NCBI GenBank assembly: GCA_048213135.1
Contig: PS015023.1
Coordinates: 112,314 to 176,313 of the forward strand
DNA length: 64,000 nucleotides
Direction of reading: 5' to 3'
From: Reclinomonas americana ATCC 50394
Taxonomy: Eukaryota
A model generated the notes under the pieces. The model worked only from the letters and a program-made list of their open reading frames with translations. It ran no database searches and was not told the origin of the DNA. The translations under genes and the position numbers were made by a program. Below, in pieces: positions 24,103-37,182 of the stretch. Every line of letters begins with the position of its first letter. The stretch's first letter is position 1.

Positions 24103-27100
24103 TCATTCTCTTAGTCCCGCGGTCGACTGTGGCATTCGAAGCGCTTCGACTACAGCGGCTCGTAATGCGGGCGGCAGCGTGTCGAGAACGTCGACACTGC
24201 TGTCGGCGTCGCCATCGGTCAGCGACTGCAATCGAGTGACCAGCTCGGCGAATGGCACACCGCGGTGGTCGTATCGCCAGGCGACGCATTCTATCATGCG
24301 GCGTCGTGTTAGTTGTGCGCCTCGACTGCCGCGGCCGCCAATGGCCAGGTCGCAGACGCGTCGGTGCAGCCAGGCCGAGGTGTCGGGCACCAAGAGCACG
24401 CCGACGACCTGCAGCATGGCGAACGTGTACGTGTGCGGGTTGCGAGCCAGCAAGCGTGCGCCAATGGAGCCGACAAGCGCTTGTGCGTAGGCCTCGAGCA
24501 CTTCGCTCGTGCCTTCCAGGGCGTCCAAGTATTCACTCTGCCAAGCAATCAGTAAGTGACTGATATGCCAAGGACCAGCAGCAGCAGCAAATGTTACCTG
24601 CAGCACGCGGTTGGTGGTGGCTGCCAGGTAATCGAAGCGCGGCAGATCGAGTGAGTTGGCCAAGCTTTGCAGCACGGCACGTTTCAGGCGTGCCGGAGTC
24701 CGTGGCGCCAGATAGAACGTGAGGAGGGTGCCGGCGGCCTGCGAAACACCACCCGAGGCCGCAAATGACTCCGCAAAGTGGTCCACAAAGTCGCTGTGCA
24801 TCGCTATCGCCTCGGCCGTCCAGAACTTGTACGACGACAGTGGGTCGTCGGGCGCAACCACCTCCACCGTCGCACCGCCCCTCCACATGGTGGCGTACAG
24901 GCGCAAGACTCCCTCGCTTATTTGTTCGGTGTTTTAGTACAGGGCCGTCGTCAGCAGCAACAGTACGTGCATGAATGAAAAGACAAACCTGGCGGCACCA
25001 CCCTCAAAGGCCTCGAAACGCCCGTTGATGGCACACATGAGGCTGTTCACACGGCTGTGCACGGGCACGGCTTCCAGCACTGCCCGACATACACGCTGAC
25101 AGTGAGGATCACAAAATCACCACCACAGGTGGCGAGACGAACCGGCCGGCCGGTGCACTTGCAGGTGCGTCAAGAATCGCGACAAGGCATCAAAGGACAC
25201 CGCGTCATCGGTGGCTGCACACGACACAAGCAAGCGCCACATCCAGTCCGTGTCGCACGTGAATATCGGATCCACCGCAATGAGAAGTGGCTCCGCCTCG
25301 CCTGCATCTCAACAATCAGTAAATCAGCCACAGGATGCCATCTCAGCATCCCACTCGTTGCAGACCAGTTTCCTCGCTTGCAGGTCCCTCGATTCGCTTT
25401 GAGCAGCATTCGCGACACTGGCGACACACTGCGACGGCGTCCTCGAGCTCCGCTGCCAGCAAGTCGGCCTTGAACAGCACCGCCGGGAACGCGACGTGTT
25501 GGAGAAAGACGCGATCCGTCGACTGCGCCCTCGGCAGCAGAGCGAAGGCGACTCGCATACCGCTATCCACCAGCGATGCAGGCGACTCACTGTTCCACCA
25601 CTTGCCGACCTCGCCCAGGAACAACAGTGCCTTTACCAGCTCCACTGCCGGGCGCAGTGCAAACGAGGTCATCGGGTGTGGGTGCTGAGTGGCTCCTTCC
25701 AGCACTGTGGCACACACGCGCAAGAGTGGCTCGCGACTGCGCACTGCTTGTCAGCTCGCCACACAGAAGCGATGGCATCACTCACACACATGACGCAACT
25801 CGTCGGGCAACAACATGAAATGCTGATTGTCGCCATTATGTTGCACCTCCATGTGCGCCACCGCGGTCAGCCACTCGGCTGCGGCCGTGAACTGCGCATA
25901 CGTCTGCCACAGTGGATTCGCGGATGACAAACTGCTCCCGGCCCAGTGCAGCACATTGAAAAACGGCGTCGATTCAAAGAACGAGGCCTTCAGAAGCTGC
26001 TGCACGGCGGTCTCTATGGTACGCAGAGCGGCAGGAACCGAGAACGGCAGCGCATTCAACACTCGCTCGAGACCAGGAACTGTGACCGCCGAAGCGGTAA
26101 CCGGCGGTGATTCCGCAGGCGCAGTCTCCGACAGCATGGTAGACACGGCCTGCGTGTGCACCATGGCTCGCTGGTACGACAGCAGCAGCTGCAGAAGATT
26201 GGCGACATGGTGCACGGCCAGAGGTCTCAACGGCTCCGCATCGTCACTCATGTCGGCGGCCACCACATCGGCGACCAGCGCCGAAGCCTCACTCACGCAC
26301 CCGGCGAATGCATTGATTGTGTGCTCGTCTGCATCAACAGCAACGTAAGTGAGCGCCACTCACTCACAAACGCTGGCGCCCACGTGCACAGACCGGCGGC
26401 CAGCGACGCCATGTCCAGCATGTCGACCAGCAAGGCCGAGGCTTGCACGCGGACCTCTGCAAGACTGGCGTGCTGCACAGCCACCAGGAACCAGATTGCC
26501 GGTCGCAAATCCCTGGCCGCACTCACCACTCCGTACTGGAGACTCACGCGCAGGAACTTGAGGCTCTCCTCCATCACCGCTGTCGACGCGATTCAGTACT
26601 CATGAGGAACAAGCACGAGAGATGCGTTGCGGGGGGATGCGCGCACCAGCCTCGCTCTCCACCCGCTGAGTCACACCCTCCGCCACATCCAACAAGGCCA
26701 GTGAGCGCACGACTGCCGACAGTGCACCCTGATTGCACAGGCGATGGAAGCGACGCGGATCGGAGGCGCCGAGCACACGCAGCAACTGTGTCATGCGCGA
26801 GCGCAGCACCGCTGCAGAACAGACATGAATGAGCAGCACAGCAGGGAATTACAGAATGGAGCGCTGGCACACAGACCGCTACTTGAAGCGATTTGCAACT
26901 CCGACACGATCCACTCGACCAGGCCCGCACACTACATTGCAGCGGCATGAGTCGGTGGTAATCTCTCTTTCTCTTCGCTCTCCAGTAGCGACACACACGC
27001 ACCGCTTCCACCATCTCGCAGCCGTGCGCCGAGTGCCGCGCAGCCGCCAACAGCACATCGAGACAGTGCAAGTGCACCGCCGAGTCGCTGGGCGACTGCA

Positions 27101-29188
27101 ACAGAGCGCGACACCGTGACGCCACTTGCATCTCCAGCAGAGCAGCCACAATGTCGCAATTGGCGAGCTCCATGTCGTCCGCGACGAGGCGCTCCTCTGC
27201 ATGCGACAAGCGTCAGGGCACTTCAAGCTTGTGATCTGCGTGTTGGGAGAGACATCACCTTCATCTTGCGCGCTGCTCCGCCAGTTCGTGGCGATGCCAG
27301 TGGGGATTTGGCGCAATCCAAAGCGCGCACGCTCGACCACATTGAAGAATGCCGGGTCTACGCAGACACGCAGAATCAGAACTCCATCACCACACACTGT
27401 TTGCGAGTACGACGCACCGCCGCGACCAGTGATCAGCGCCACGACCAGTGCCAGGGCGGCACGGACTACCGTCTGATTCCGGTCGTCGAGTGCCAGCCGC
27501 GCGACCAGGGCCAGCTGATTGGAGTGGAACAGCTTGCCCCACACATCTGACGACCGGAGGCAAGGGGAGGAGATTAAAACGCACGTCAACAGACGTGCAT
27601 ACCAATGCGTGTTCGTGAACGGCACAAACCGCGAGGAAGCTCGCCCAACTTGATGCGATTGACGATGTGCGCCAGGGTGCCGATGCTTGCTGCTCGTTGC
27701 GGTGGGAACTGCAGGCGATCGAGGTTGTTGAGTGCATGAGAGTGGGAGAGAGGAAGATGCACGATCTCACGTGAGCAGACCGCACTGCGTGACAACTGTA
27801 CGAGTTCCTCCACGGTGTACCCGGCCTCTCCCGGATCGATGCCATGGTGGTGAAGGCCGAGATCGGATGGCAGCTCTGCAGCACACAGCATTCAGCGTCC
27901 ATGATTGCCACGGTGCACTGCCTGCGATTTCTCAGCCACCTCTGCGTTCCTCTTCGGACAGCAATCGTCCGTCAAAGGCATAGCGCGGCTCGCCACTGGA
28001 CATGCTCATCTCTGGCGTGCAGCGTGATCGGCACGGTATCGCAAAGTGAAAATATGAGACGCAGCAACGAAACCTTCTGGTGTCACATCGCGCATCCACT
28101 CCAGCTTCTCCACCTCCACCGGCAGCGACGCCAACTCGGGAGCCTTCTCCAACAGCTGCTGCACCACCGATGGCAGTGGCCCCTGCGGAGCAGCTGCTGC
28201 GGTGGAGACAGCAGGCGCAGGAGCTGATGGTGTTGACGACTCCGAGGCAGCGGCCGTGTCACCACGACGAGCCGCAGCTCGCTTGCGATAGAACTCGACC
28301 ATGTGTGGCTCTGGCGCGAGCATGGCCAGCAACTGGCGACTGCCTCGCAAGAAACAGAACAACAACAACTCATGAGCCACACAGAGAGCGCCGCAGAGAG
28401 AGGCAAAGCAGAGGCATGAACCGGTATTCGTCTCGCTCCGCATCCGTCATGCTCTCCAGCATTCGCTGACTGTCGCGGTCAATCTCCTCTGCTGTGGGCA
28501 TGTTCCTGGTGTTTCCCACGGTAGGTGGTGGTGGTGTCGGTGGTGCTGGTCGAGCGGGTGCCGGTGCTGCTGCCGATGCATTCGAACGAGCCTGCTCACG
28601 CTTCATCTTGAAGCTCGACATCTGTTTCACCGTTCGGTGAGGCGGTGCGACAGATAGGTAGAGAAAGAGAGAGAGCGGGAAGGGGCGATGACCTTCGGTC
28701 CTTGCGAGCGATGCATCACGGGAGGAAAGCCGCTGTTGTGACGGACGGACGGTGGCGCATCGGAACTCGACACGTTGTCGCGTTCCACCACATTCGAGAG
28801 GTGCGACATGAGCACTGGACCTGCACAAGCAAAGAATGATCATCTCACGCACACACACAGAGAGAGAGAGAACGACACTGCGCCACACAAGACAAGTCCA
28901 ACCTGGGCTCTCATCTGTAGGAGAAATGAGATCAACAATGCATTCACACAGACAACGACGTGCAGGTTGACGAAACGCTTCTCCTCTGCCTCCGCCTCTG
29001 TCTCCTCATTGGCAGCAGCAGCAGCAAAGTGCACTCGACGACGTGTCGAAGCTGTGTGCACATACAGATAAACACACTGTGAGTGAGCTAAGTCAGAGTG
29101 CTTCTTGCAGAGGCACATATTCACTTGCACTCTCATGCTCCTCCTCATCATCGTCGAGAGGGATGAAGAATCTCTCTCCGGCAGCCAT
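24103..29188 (-). CDS. RPAP1: RNA polymerase II-associated protein 1 (RPAP1/Rba50)
   Basis: VVERD..GFPPVMHRS..SSFK; EEIDRDSQRMLESMT; EKLEWM; RYAFDG; LPSDLGLHHHGIDPGEAGYTVEELVQLSRS..QR; LALDD. An ARM-like C-terminal body follows. Confidence 0.88.
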
Positions 29189-29287
29189 CACACAACGAAT
29201 GAAGAAGCGAGGGACACGGGACAGGTGGATTGCATTCATTGCGATTGTTGATGTTGTACATGCATAGAGTTGGCAATCAAGCGAGCG

Positions 29288-30454
29288 CTACTTGAACTTG
29301 CGAGTGATTCCAGCGGCGTATTCAGCCTCCCACTGCTGCGCCTCCTTCTTGGCTTTCCGTCGGACCTTGCGATCGAACTTGTCGAGCTCCTTCAGCGCCC
29401 GAGCTTCGTCCGCGTTCAGTGCAGCGACGCCACTCTCCGGCTCTGCCTGTGTCCCACCGATCGTGTGCAAGCTGCTGGCCATGGTCGGCATCTCGCCAGT
29501 GACAGTGGCGAGTCTGTATTCTATGCCATCAGTTTACCATACGATGGATGCGACGACAAGCAACGCATCACGCACAGCTTGGTCCGCACAAAGGGCGTGC
29601 CCAGTTGTCGTTCCATCTGTGTGATCACTTGCGCAGTGAGCAGCCTGCAACGTATGGATGAAAGCACATGCGGAGAGGCACCTCTTCCCTCCGCAATCTC
29701 TTCTCGTGCAGACTCTGCAGCATGGCCTCCCGATGCAGCTGCACCACAAACCGCTGCAAGTTGACCTCCTCCTCCGCCACCTTCTCAAACGCTCCCATGC
29801 TCACAGTCATCTCCGGCGGTCCATCTGCCACCACAACACGCACAACGATAAGCCGACGAAACGGCGATCTTCTTATGTGAAAAAGGCCGCACCAAACTCG
29901 CGTCCTCTCGAGTTGAGTCGCTGCTGAATCTTGCGTGTCAACCCGCCACTCTCCACAAAGTGCACAACACAAGTCAAGGAGCAGAGACAATGAGAAGGCG
30001 ATTGACTCTCGACTGCTCAATATGAAGGATATCATTCGTTCCTCCTCGGTGAGAGACGCCGGATCCACAACGCCAATGGCGGCCTCCAACTGTGCGAGCA
30101 ACAGCGTGTGAGAGAGTGAGTGAGCACAGTGAGAGTGAGAGTGAGAGTGAAAACGCAACTGCCCTGCGCTCCATTTGCCGCACGTGCAATCGATCGCGCG
30201 TGTGCTGACGAATCTGCTGTAACAGGTCTCTCCGCTGCTGCTCCGCCGCCCTTTCCGCCTCCAGTCCACTCTGAATCAAGTGCACAACATCTATACACAC
30301 AGAGAGAGAAAGAGAGAGTCGTTGTAATGAGTAAATAGATGTGGTGAGTAAGAGAGAGCATGCCGCAACTCTCGTCGAGGTCCGGCCGCTCAGCAAACGA
30401 CGCCGTGTGCTTTGGGCGATGCAGCATCGCCGCCATCACCTGCTCGGTCGACAT
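29288..30454 (-). CDS. Hypothetical helical/coiled-coil protein (6 introns)
   Basis: Phase-consistent model MSTEQVMAAMLHRPK...LEAERAAEQQRR...FEKVAEEEVNLQRF...LDKFDRKVRRKAKKE..TRKFK*. Confidence 0.6.
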
Positions 30455-30579
30455 CGACTTTGAGTCAAAACGCACTGGACAATGGACAATGGACAGTGCG
30501 CCACTCGCGATATCCGAATACTCACCCACTCACTCACTCGAGGCACTTTGCAAGCACAGACAGAGACCTCCGCCGCTCA

Positions 30580-30925
30580 ATGTCGACAGGCGGCGGCGGT
30601 GGTGGAGGAGGTGGAGGTGGAGGAGGACAGGCGGTGGAAGTCGGGCGTCCTCCACCAACACGACAACGATTGTCGGGCAAAGCGTTTGCCTCGTCGTTGC
30701 CGACCTCGACTCCAATGAGTGGTGGTGGCAAGCAGCCGCCAGACAAGGGCATTGAGATTGAGCAGTGTGGGTGCACGTGGAGGTAAGCTCACACATACGC
30801 AGAGGGAGAGGGAGTGCAACATGCACCAGGAGAACAGTGATGAAGATGCACACAACACACACACACACAGAGAGAGAGAGAGAGGAGGGCAACACAAGTG
30901 CAATGTACACAAGGAGAACAGAGAT

Positions 30926-30961
<36 letters not shown>

Positions 30962-33354
30962 TCACTAACACACGTCGCTCTGTGCTCACCACCGTTCTTT
31001 CCCGTTAGACTGCTCTGCGTGTGGTTCAATTGCTGTTACCTGTGGTTGCCGTGCACGTGCTGTGGCATGGTTGCGCAGCCGAATGCCTGCTGTGACCCGT
31101 GCTTCTACTGCTACTGCGCGTGCTGTCGGAGTAAGAGTGATGATGAGGATGAGGATGAGGAGGATGCCGGCAGTGACTATGGCGACGAGGCCGTGGAGGT
31201 GGATGTGAAGCAGACGAGGACTGTGGATCATGTGAACTCGACGGATCTTGGCACGACAGTCACCACTGTCGATGGCTCCGATGATGACTTGGATATGGGC
31301 TCGGATGATGAGGAGGATGACGATGGTGGTGGTGGTGGTCGTGGTGATGTTGGGGACAAGGTGCACGACTCGCAAGTGGGCGGTCGGTCGCGCAACAAGT
31401 CGGTGCGTGTGTGTGCGTGCATGTTTGGAGAGAGAGGGAGAGAGTATGTGTGCTGATGCGATGCTGCAGAGCAAGGTGGTGGACAAGGCATCGGCGCCGC
31501 CGCGTCGTGTGGGTCTTGAGCGTCGACAGGGTGCGTGTCCTCTTCGCTCTCTTCCCTGCTTCCATGAAGCTCACCGAACACATGCAGTGACGGGGTTCAT
31601 CCCGCACACGGGTCCACCGGCAGCGGAGGAGGTGCTCTCGCGCTTCCTGACTGCACTGGCCACCGACCAAGAGCCGCCGCATGACGCGCAGCCTCAACCG
31701 CCCCTGAGTTGCGCAGTAGCTCTTCGTTGGTTGTGAGTACACTGCTCACCGTGCCCATTGTTGAGCAGGCCCGTCGAGCTCTGAGCCGTCGACTGCCACC
31801 TCGGAGGACACCTCACCGCGGCAGCCGGACGAGAAGCAGACGCTGTACCTGGTACCCAGTGTGCCCCGACCACAACAAGGCGCGACTTTTTGTGATTGTC
31901 GGCCACTGTGAATGCACATGAAGCTGACAGCTCTCTCTTGCGTGTGATACGTGCAGATACATGCGCCGCGTTTGCAATCGGCAATGTCGGCTACGGGCAA
32001 GTGATGACACACGAGTGGCCGCGGTCGATGATGCCGTCCTCGATGCACTCTCCGGGACCACTCGTTATGCGCTCACCGTTCGCTGGCGAGGGAGTGTCTC
32101 CCGGTTCGTGGCCAAGTGCCCGACCAAGTGGTGGGAGCGGCAGCGGTGGACTTGGTGCCTTTGGCAGTCGCCAGTTCCCAGCGGATTCCGCCTCGTCGTC
32201 GTCTCAGTCATGTTCGTTTCACTGCCTGTCTGCACTGCGTGTTCCTGCTCGATATATCTCACTCGTCTGCAGTACGGCACCTGCACCATCGTGTCATGTC
32301 TGGTGCGTTCCGTGCCGCCGAAATCCTAATCTCCCCCCACGCATTACTCACACCGCACGCACAGAACACGAGGCATCGTCGCCGCTCACGCCGGACGCCC
32401 AGCTGACCATGACACGATCAGAGTTCCCGCCCTCGTCGCAATCAGCCCTGCCTCGTTCACACAGGAGCCGAGCATCCACAACGTTGTCCATTAGTTGCGT
32501 TTTCTCTCGTCTTGTCAATCAGCATGCTCGTGCAACTCACCTCGCTCGACATAGCCACGGCTTCGGCTGCTCTGGGTTTGCTTCATTTTGCTCTCGACTT
32601 GTGCATTGCTATCCTCGATCCGGCGTGATTCGTTGACTGTTGTCTCCCTATGCGCAGCCGAAGCTGTGAAACTGTCACCGCGTCATGCCAGCAGTGTGCA
32701 CAGTTCGCCAAGCAATTTGCGACGCAACTCCAGCGCACATTCCATGTCACCTCGTCGATCACCGGCCGCGTCACCACGTCGTCGCTCGAATGGCGAGGGG
32801 TCGGCGACGAGTCGATCGGGCACACCGCCGGTGCGAGCCGAGTCACCTGTGCCGTCGTCTCCACGGCGGCGATTCTTGCACTCGGCCGAGGTGCAGATCA
32901 ACCTGATGGACAATGGCAACTCCCACGGCACGTCTCACCGTCCCACGTTGTGTAGTATGCCACGTACGACTCACTGATTGTGTGGTGCGCACAGTGGCGA
33001 TTGGTGGTGGTGGCATGGAGTTGGCTGTGTGGGTCGAGACGGATTTGTTCAAGAACGCCGTCGACCCCGACCTGCACAGACAGGCTGCCGACCTTGTTCT
33101 CGCCGAGGTGGCTAAAGTCCGAGCCGTTGCGTACACAGCCAGACACGCAACGCAGAATACTTGTGTACTAATGGTGGGGGCGGAGATAGGCTGGTGGCAG
33201 CGGCTGGAAGAAACTCACCATTGGCTGCACCTTGGCCGAAGCGGGTACGTGTGCATGTGAAAGGGAGAGAGAAGCAGAACCTGCGCTGATCCCCCATGTG
33301 TCATGTTTCACAGACAAGGAGCGAGTCCTGGTGGTGAGGCTGGAGGATGCGTAA
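30580..33354 (+). CDS. Hypothetical protein with a Cys-rich N-terminal patch, an acidic tract and S/P-rich low complexity
   Basis: MSTGGGG..; LLCVWFNCCYLWLPCTCCG..CCDPCFYCYCACC; D/E run; globular C-terminal exons ending ..VLVVRLEDA*. Confidence 0.55.
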
Positions 33355-33425
33355 GTATGTTCTCACACAAATACAGCCGTGTGTGCGAACGATTGTTGCG
33401 ATGTTATTCCTCTCTCCGTATCTAT

Positions 33426-34308
33426 CTACTCGGCTGCATACATTGGGGCGTCGCCGCCTGTGTCTTCCAGATGATCTCCACCATTCATACCGCTCGCAGC
33501 CGCAGCAGCCGCCGCCGCTGCCGCCGCAGCAGATGTTGGGGGTTCCGACATCTCCGTGGTGGTCGTTGAACCGAGATCAGGGAACACGGCTTGGATGTCG
33601 GCGCGTAATGCCTCGCGAAACACCTGCACATACACGAATCAGCAGTCTGCTGGATGCGCGAATCACTCTGCCAGCAGCAGCAGCAGCGCAACTCGTACAG
33701 CCTCGCGCTTCCCATCGTGTCGATCCTTCTCCGTGGTCGACTCCTCCAGCATTCTTCGCACAAAGTCCTCAGGACTCTTGCCCTCATCCACCGACCTGGG
33801 CGAGCATGTGAGCACGAGACACGCATCGTCGACAACGATTGGAGAACAACTCAACTCGACAAGCTCCCGCGGCACTCGGAACGGTGCCAATGACGGAGCT
33901 CGATCCTGCAAACTCGCCAGCTTCTCCGTGAACTTGCCCCTGTTGTACACATACACAAGTAAGCCTCTCGCCACTCTCTCGCGCACACAGTGTGAGCCTC
34001 CACGCAACAGCTTGCCAAACCACGCGGTCTCCTGCGTGGTCGGGTTGAACTTCTCAATGCTGCGACACAGCTCGTCACACAACAGCACAATCTCCAGCAC
34101 TTGTGCGCTGGCCTCGCGCAGTGGCGTGGTGTCTTCCACAGAGGCAGCAGCAGCAGCAGAGGAGGCCACAGACACCGCGGGAAGCGCAGCATGTGCAGTC
34201 CCATTGCTCATGCCCTGTGTGAGACAGTGAGAAGGTGCGTGTGCGCGAGGGCACAGACGCTGTCTGGTGGTGTCGCACCTCATGCGCGCTTGTCTCATCG
34301 ACGTCCAT
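33426..34308 (-). CDS. MED10: Mediator subunit 10
   Basis: VLEIVLLCDELCRSIEKF..GKL|GKFTEKLASLQ..RVPRELVE|SVDEGKSPEDFVRRMLE..DGKREAVR|VFREALRADIQAVFPD fits the MED10/Nut2 pattern (VP.E....ID.G.NP...GK). Confidence 0.88.
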
Positions 34309-34358
34309 GAGGCAAGAGAGTGTCGACGAGTGTAATTTCATTCGCGCTTTGGATCCGG

Positions 34359-36897
34359 ATGTTGCTCTTGGTGAGGGTCACACACAGTCTGCATATGCTC
34401 TTTGCATCACTCTTACACACACACACTCGTGCACAGCAGAGTGCGCGACTGGGCAACCGCTGGAGATCTCCTCCCGTCGCGCATCGATGCTTTGTCACGT
34501 TTGACATTGATGTTTCGCTCATTCCCACTGCGCACACACACTCTCTCCTTGTCTCTCACTCTGACACATGCACACATGCACACACACAGTGGGACACCAT
34601 TGGCAAAGTCGGTGCAGGTGTGCTCACGATGGGAACCTCGCGTCTGCTCTACAACATGTATCGCGACTGGAGGGAGCGACGAGAGCGTCAGTCGCACTAT
34701 CACGCCGATCTCATTTCGCGACACATTTCTGTGGAGTTCACCAATCCGCAGCCACTGCGCTACAATCTCTTCACGAAACGATATGTGGATAAGCTGCGGG
34801 AGAAGCTGTTGGATCCGAGTCCTAGTTTCGAGCTGGTCATTGGGCCGAGTGGGTGCGGAAAGACGGCGAGTTACCTCGAGGCTGCGTCGGGACTGGCGGG
34901 CGTGGTGTACATTCCGCTCAGACCTGTTCCCGAGACGGTGTCGGTGATTCAGCACATGGCCACGCACGTCAACTATGCGGGTGGCGGGGAGATCAAGAAC
35001 TGTTGCGCTTGTGGAAGGGAAGAGAAGAGGAGAAAGAAGGCAGGAGAAGAGGAAAGGAGGAAAACAAGGGAAGGGAAGCTAAGGGAAACAGAGGAGAGAA
35101 GGGCGGAGAAGAAGAGAAGAGAAGGCAGGAGTAGAGAAAGGAATAGAAGGGAAGGGAAGGGAGGGAAGGGAGGAGAAGAAGAGAAGAGAAGGCAGGAGAG
35201 GAGAGGAGGAGGTGTAGAGAAAGGAAGCGAAGGGAAACAGAAGAGAACAGAGGAGAAAAATAGAGAAGAAGAGGGATGATACGAAGAAAGAGAAGAGAAG
35301 CAAAAGGAGTAGAAGAGAAAAGAAGAGGAGACAAGACAGAGGTGAGAAGCTTGGTTAAGAGAAGGGAAGACATATCTCTCACTTGTGCATGCTGGGGTAG
35401 TCGATCCGGGCAGCTTCCAGGAATCGTTAATGGAGGGTCTGCTGTATGTGCGGGAACGAACGCTGGCCAACAAACGAGTACCCGTTCTGATTCTCGACGA
35501 TCCGCATGTTGCGTGCTCTTCTTGTGTGCATGCGGCGCACTTCTCTCCTCACCATCGCTGCTGGTCGACAGACGTCGATGATCTTGGGTGCAGATGGGCA
35601 GTTCACCGACGCCGGTGCTCACCTCATGTACCTGCTGCTCGAACTCAAGTCGCGGTCATTAGCCTCGGTGTTTCTCATCAGCAGCAATCCAATCATCTTG
35701 TGGCCGCTCCTTGAACAATGTTGCGGGGACAGCGGGAGTGCCAGCATGCCGATAGTTGATGGTTGACATCCTCTCTTTGCCTGTGATGTAGTGTGCGGCT
35801 TCTCCACTCGCCTCACGCACCAGCGGTACAAACCGATGCCCGAGTGGCAGATTCGCGACCAACTGCACGAGCAGTTTCGCATGGCCGACGCCGACGCCGA
35901 CATGATTGTGCGGTATTTCGGAACGCACTTGGGCGACATGGAGCGCGTGCTCGACTCGTTGCGGTTAATGAGTCTCGAAGGTGCGTGCGTTGCACCTCTT
36001 GTTCCAGCTGTCTCCCTGCCTCGCTCTGACACGCACGCAGATGCCATCAAATCCGTACTCCGAGCGCACGCGGTCAAGCTGGCGCTCGTGTTCAACAGAC
36101 GATCGCCTGGCATGAGCGTGTCGTCGAGTTCGTGGAAATGGATCACCGCTGCCGCACTCGACCGCATCGCTGTGCACAAGACTTGTTGCGATTATATCTT
36201 TCTCTCGCTGCTTGTCGATATCCTTCGGCGATCTCACATGGCGCGTTAACAGCCACGTACTCGGCCGTGTACAGTGCCCTGCAAAAGCAGGCGGCCAAGG
36301 CCGTGGCTGACTTGTCGATCACCAAGGAGCAGGTGGAGGAAGTGATGATGGCGTTGGTGCGTCGCGATGTGCTGCAAATAGGGCCCGACAGCGCCGCGTT
36401 TGAATCGGTGACCACCGGCAAGGACCACGCGTGGCGTGAGCTGCGCGAGGGCCTGCATTTCGTGCTGGATTTCCCGCCCGTGCATTCGATTTTCTTTGCC
36501 GACTTCAGGAAGATGAAGGAGGAAGTGGAGAAGCACCCGGCTGCCATTGCAACAAATGTCGGTACGGGCTCCGCAGGAGCAACAGCAGCAGCTGCAGCCA
36601 CGGCTGCCACCGGCGGCGCACCGGCAGGCGGGGGCGGCACAGGAGCCACCTCGCCCAGCACCGACTCGGCCACCGGCAAGCTCATTAGCAAATTGCAGTT
36701 TGAGGATCCGCTGCTGGCGGCCGCAGACTTTACCTCTGCCAAGGTACTCTCCTCTTTTTCTTCTCCCATTTCTTTGCTTGTGCAGTGACTGACGTGGGTG
36801 GGGTCTGCAGGTCAATCGAATCGTGCTGCCCAGAAGACAAATACCTACCGGTGCCGGTCGGTTAAGCCCCAGCAGGCGAAGCACGTGGTTATTGTGA
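34359..36897 (+). CDS. P-loop ATPase (AAA/STAND-like) with a probable mitochondrial presequence and TM anchor
   Basis: Walker A LVIGPSGCGKT and Walker B VLILDD. An N-terminal R-rich leader plus a hydrophobic segment. Eight introns. Confidence 0.72.
35014..35372 (+). repeat. Purine-rich (A/G) low-complexity tract within intron 35002-35400
   Basis: About 350 nt made almost entirely of A/G (gaagag/ggaagg). Confidence 0.9.
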
Positions 36898-36984
36898 TTA
36901 TTAAATGGAAAAGAGTGGCTTGCTCGGGACAAATGTCAAGCGCGAGTCGTTGCGGGAAATGATGGCAAATGGACAAACCTGTCA

Positions 36985-37151
36985 ATGTCGGTGAGCAGTG
37001 AGCGCGCACAAAGGGCACGCACACACGAGTACACTCACTCACATTGTTGTTTGTGTGTGTGTGTGTGGACAGAAACGGCTCAGTGACGAACATGAGCACG
37101 GTGTGTGTGCATGAGTGTGAGAGTCCAACAAAGCTTCACTCTCACTCCAAT

Positions 37152-37182
<31 letters not shown>

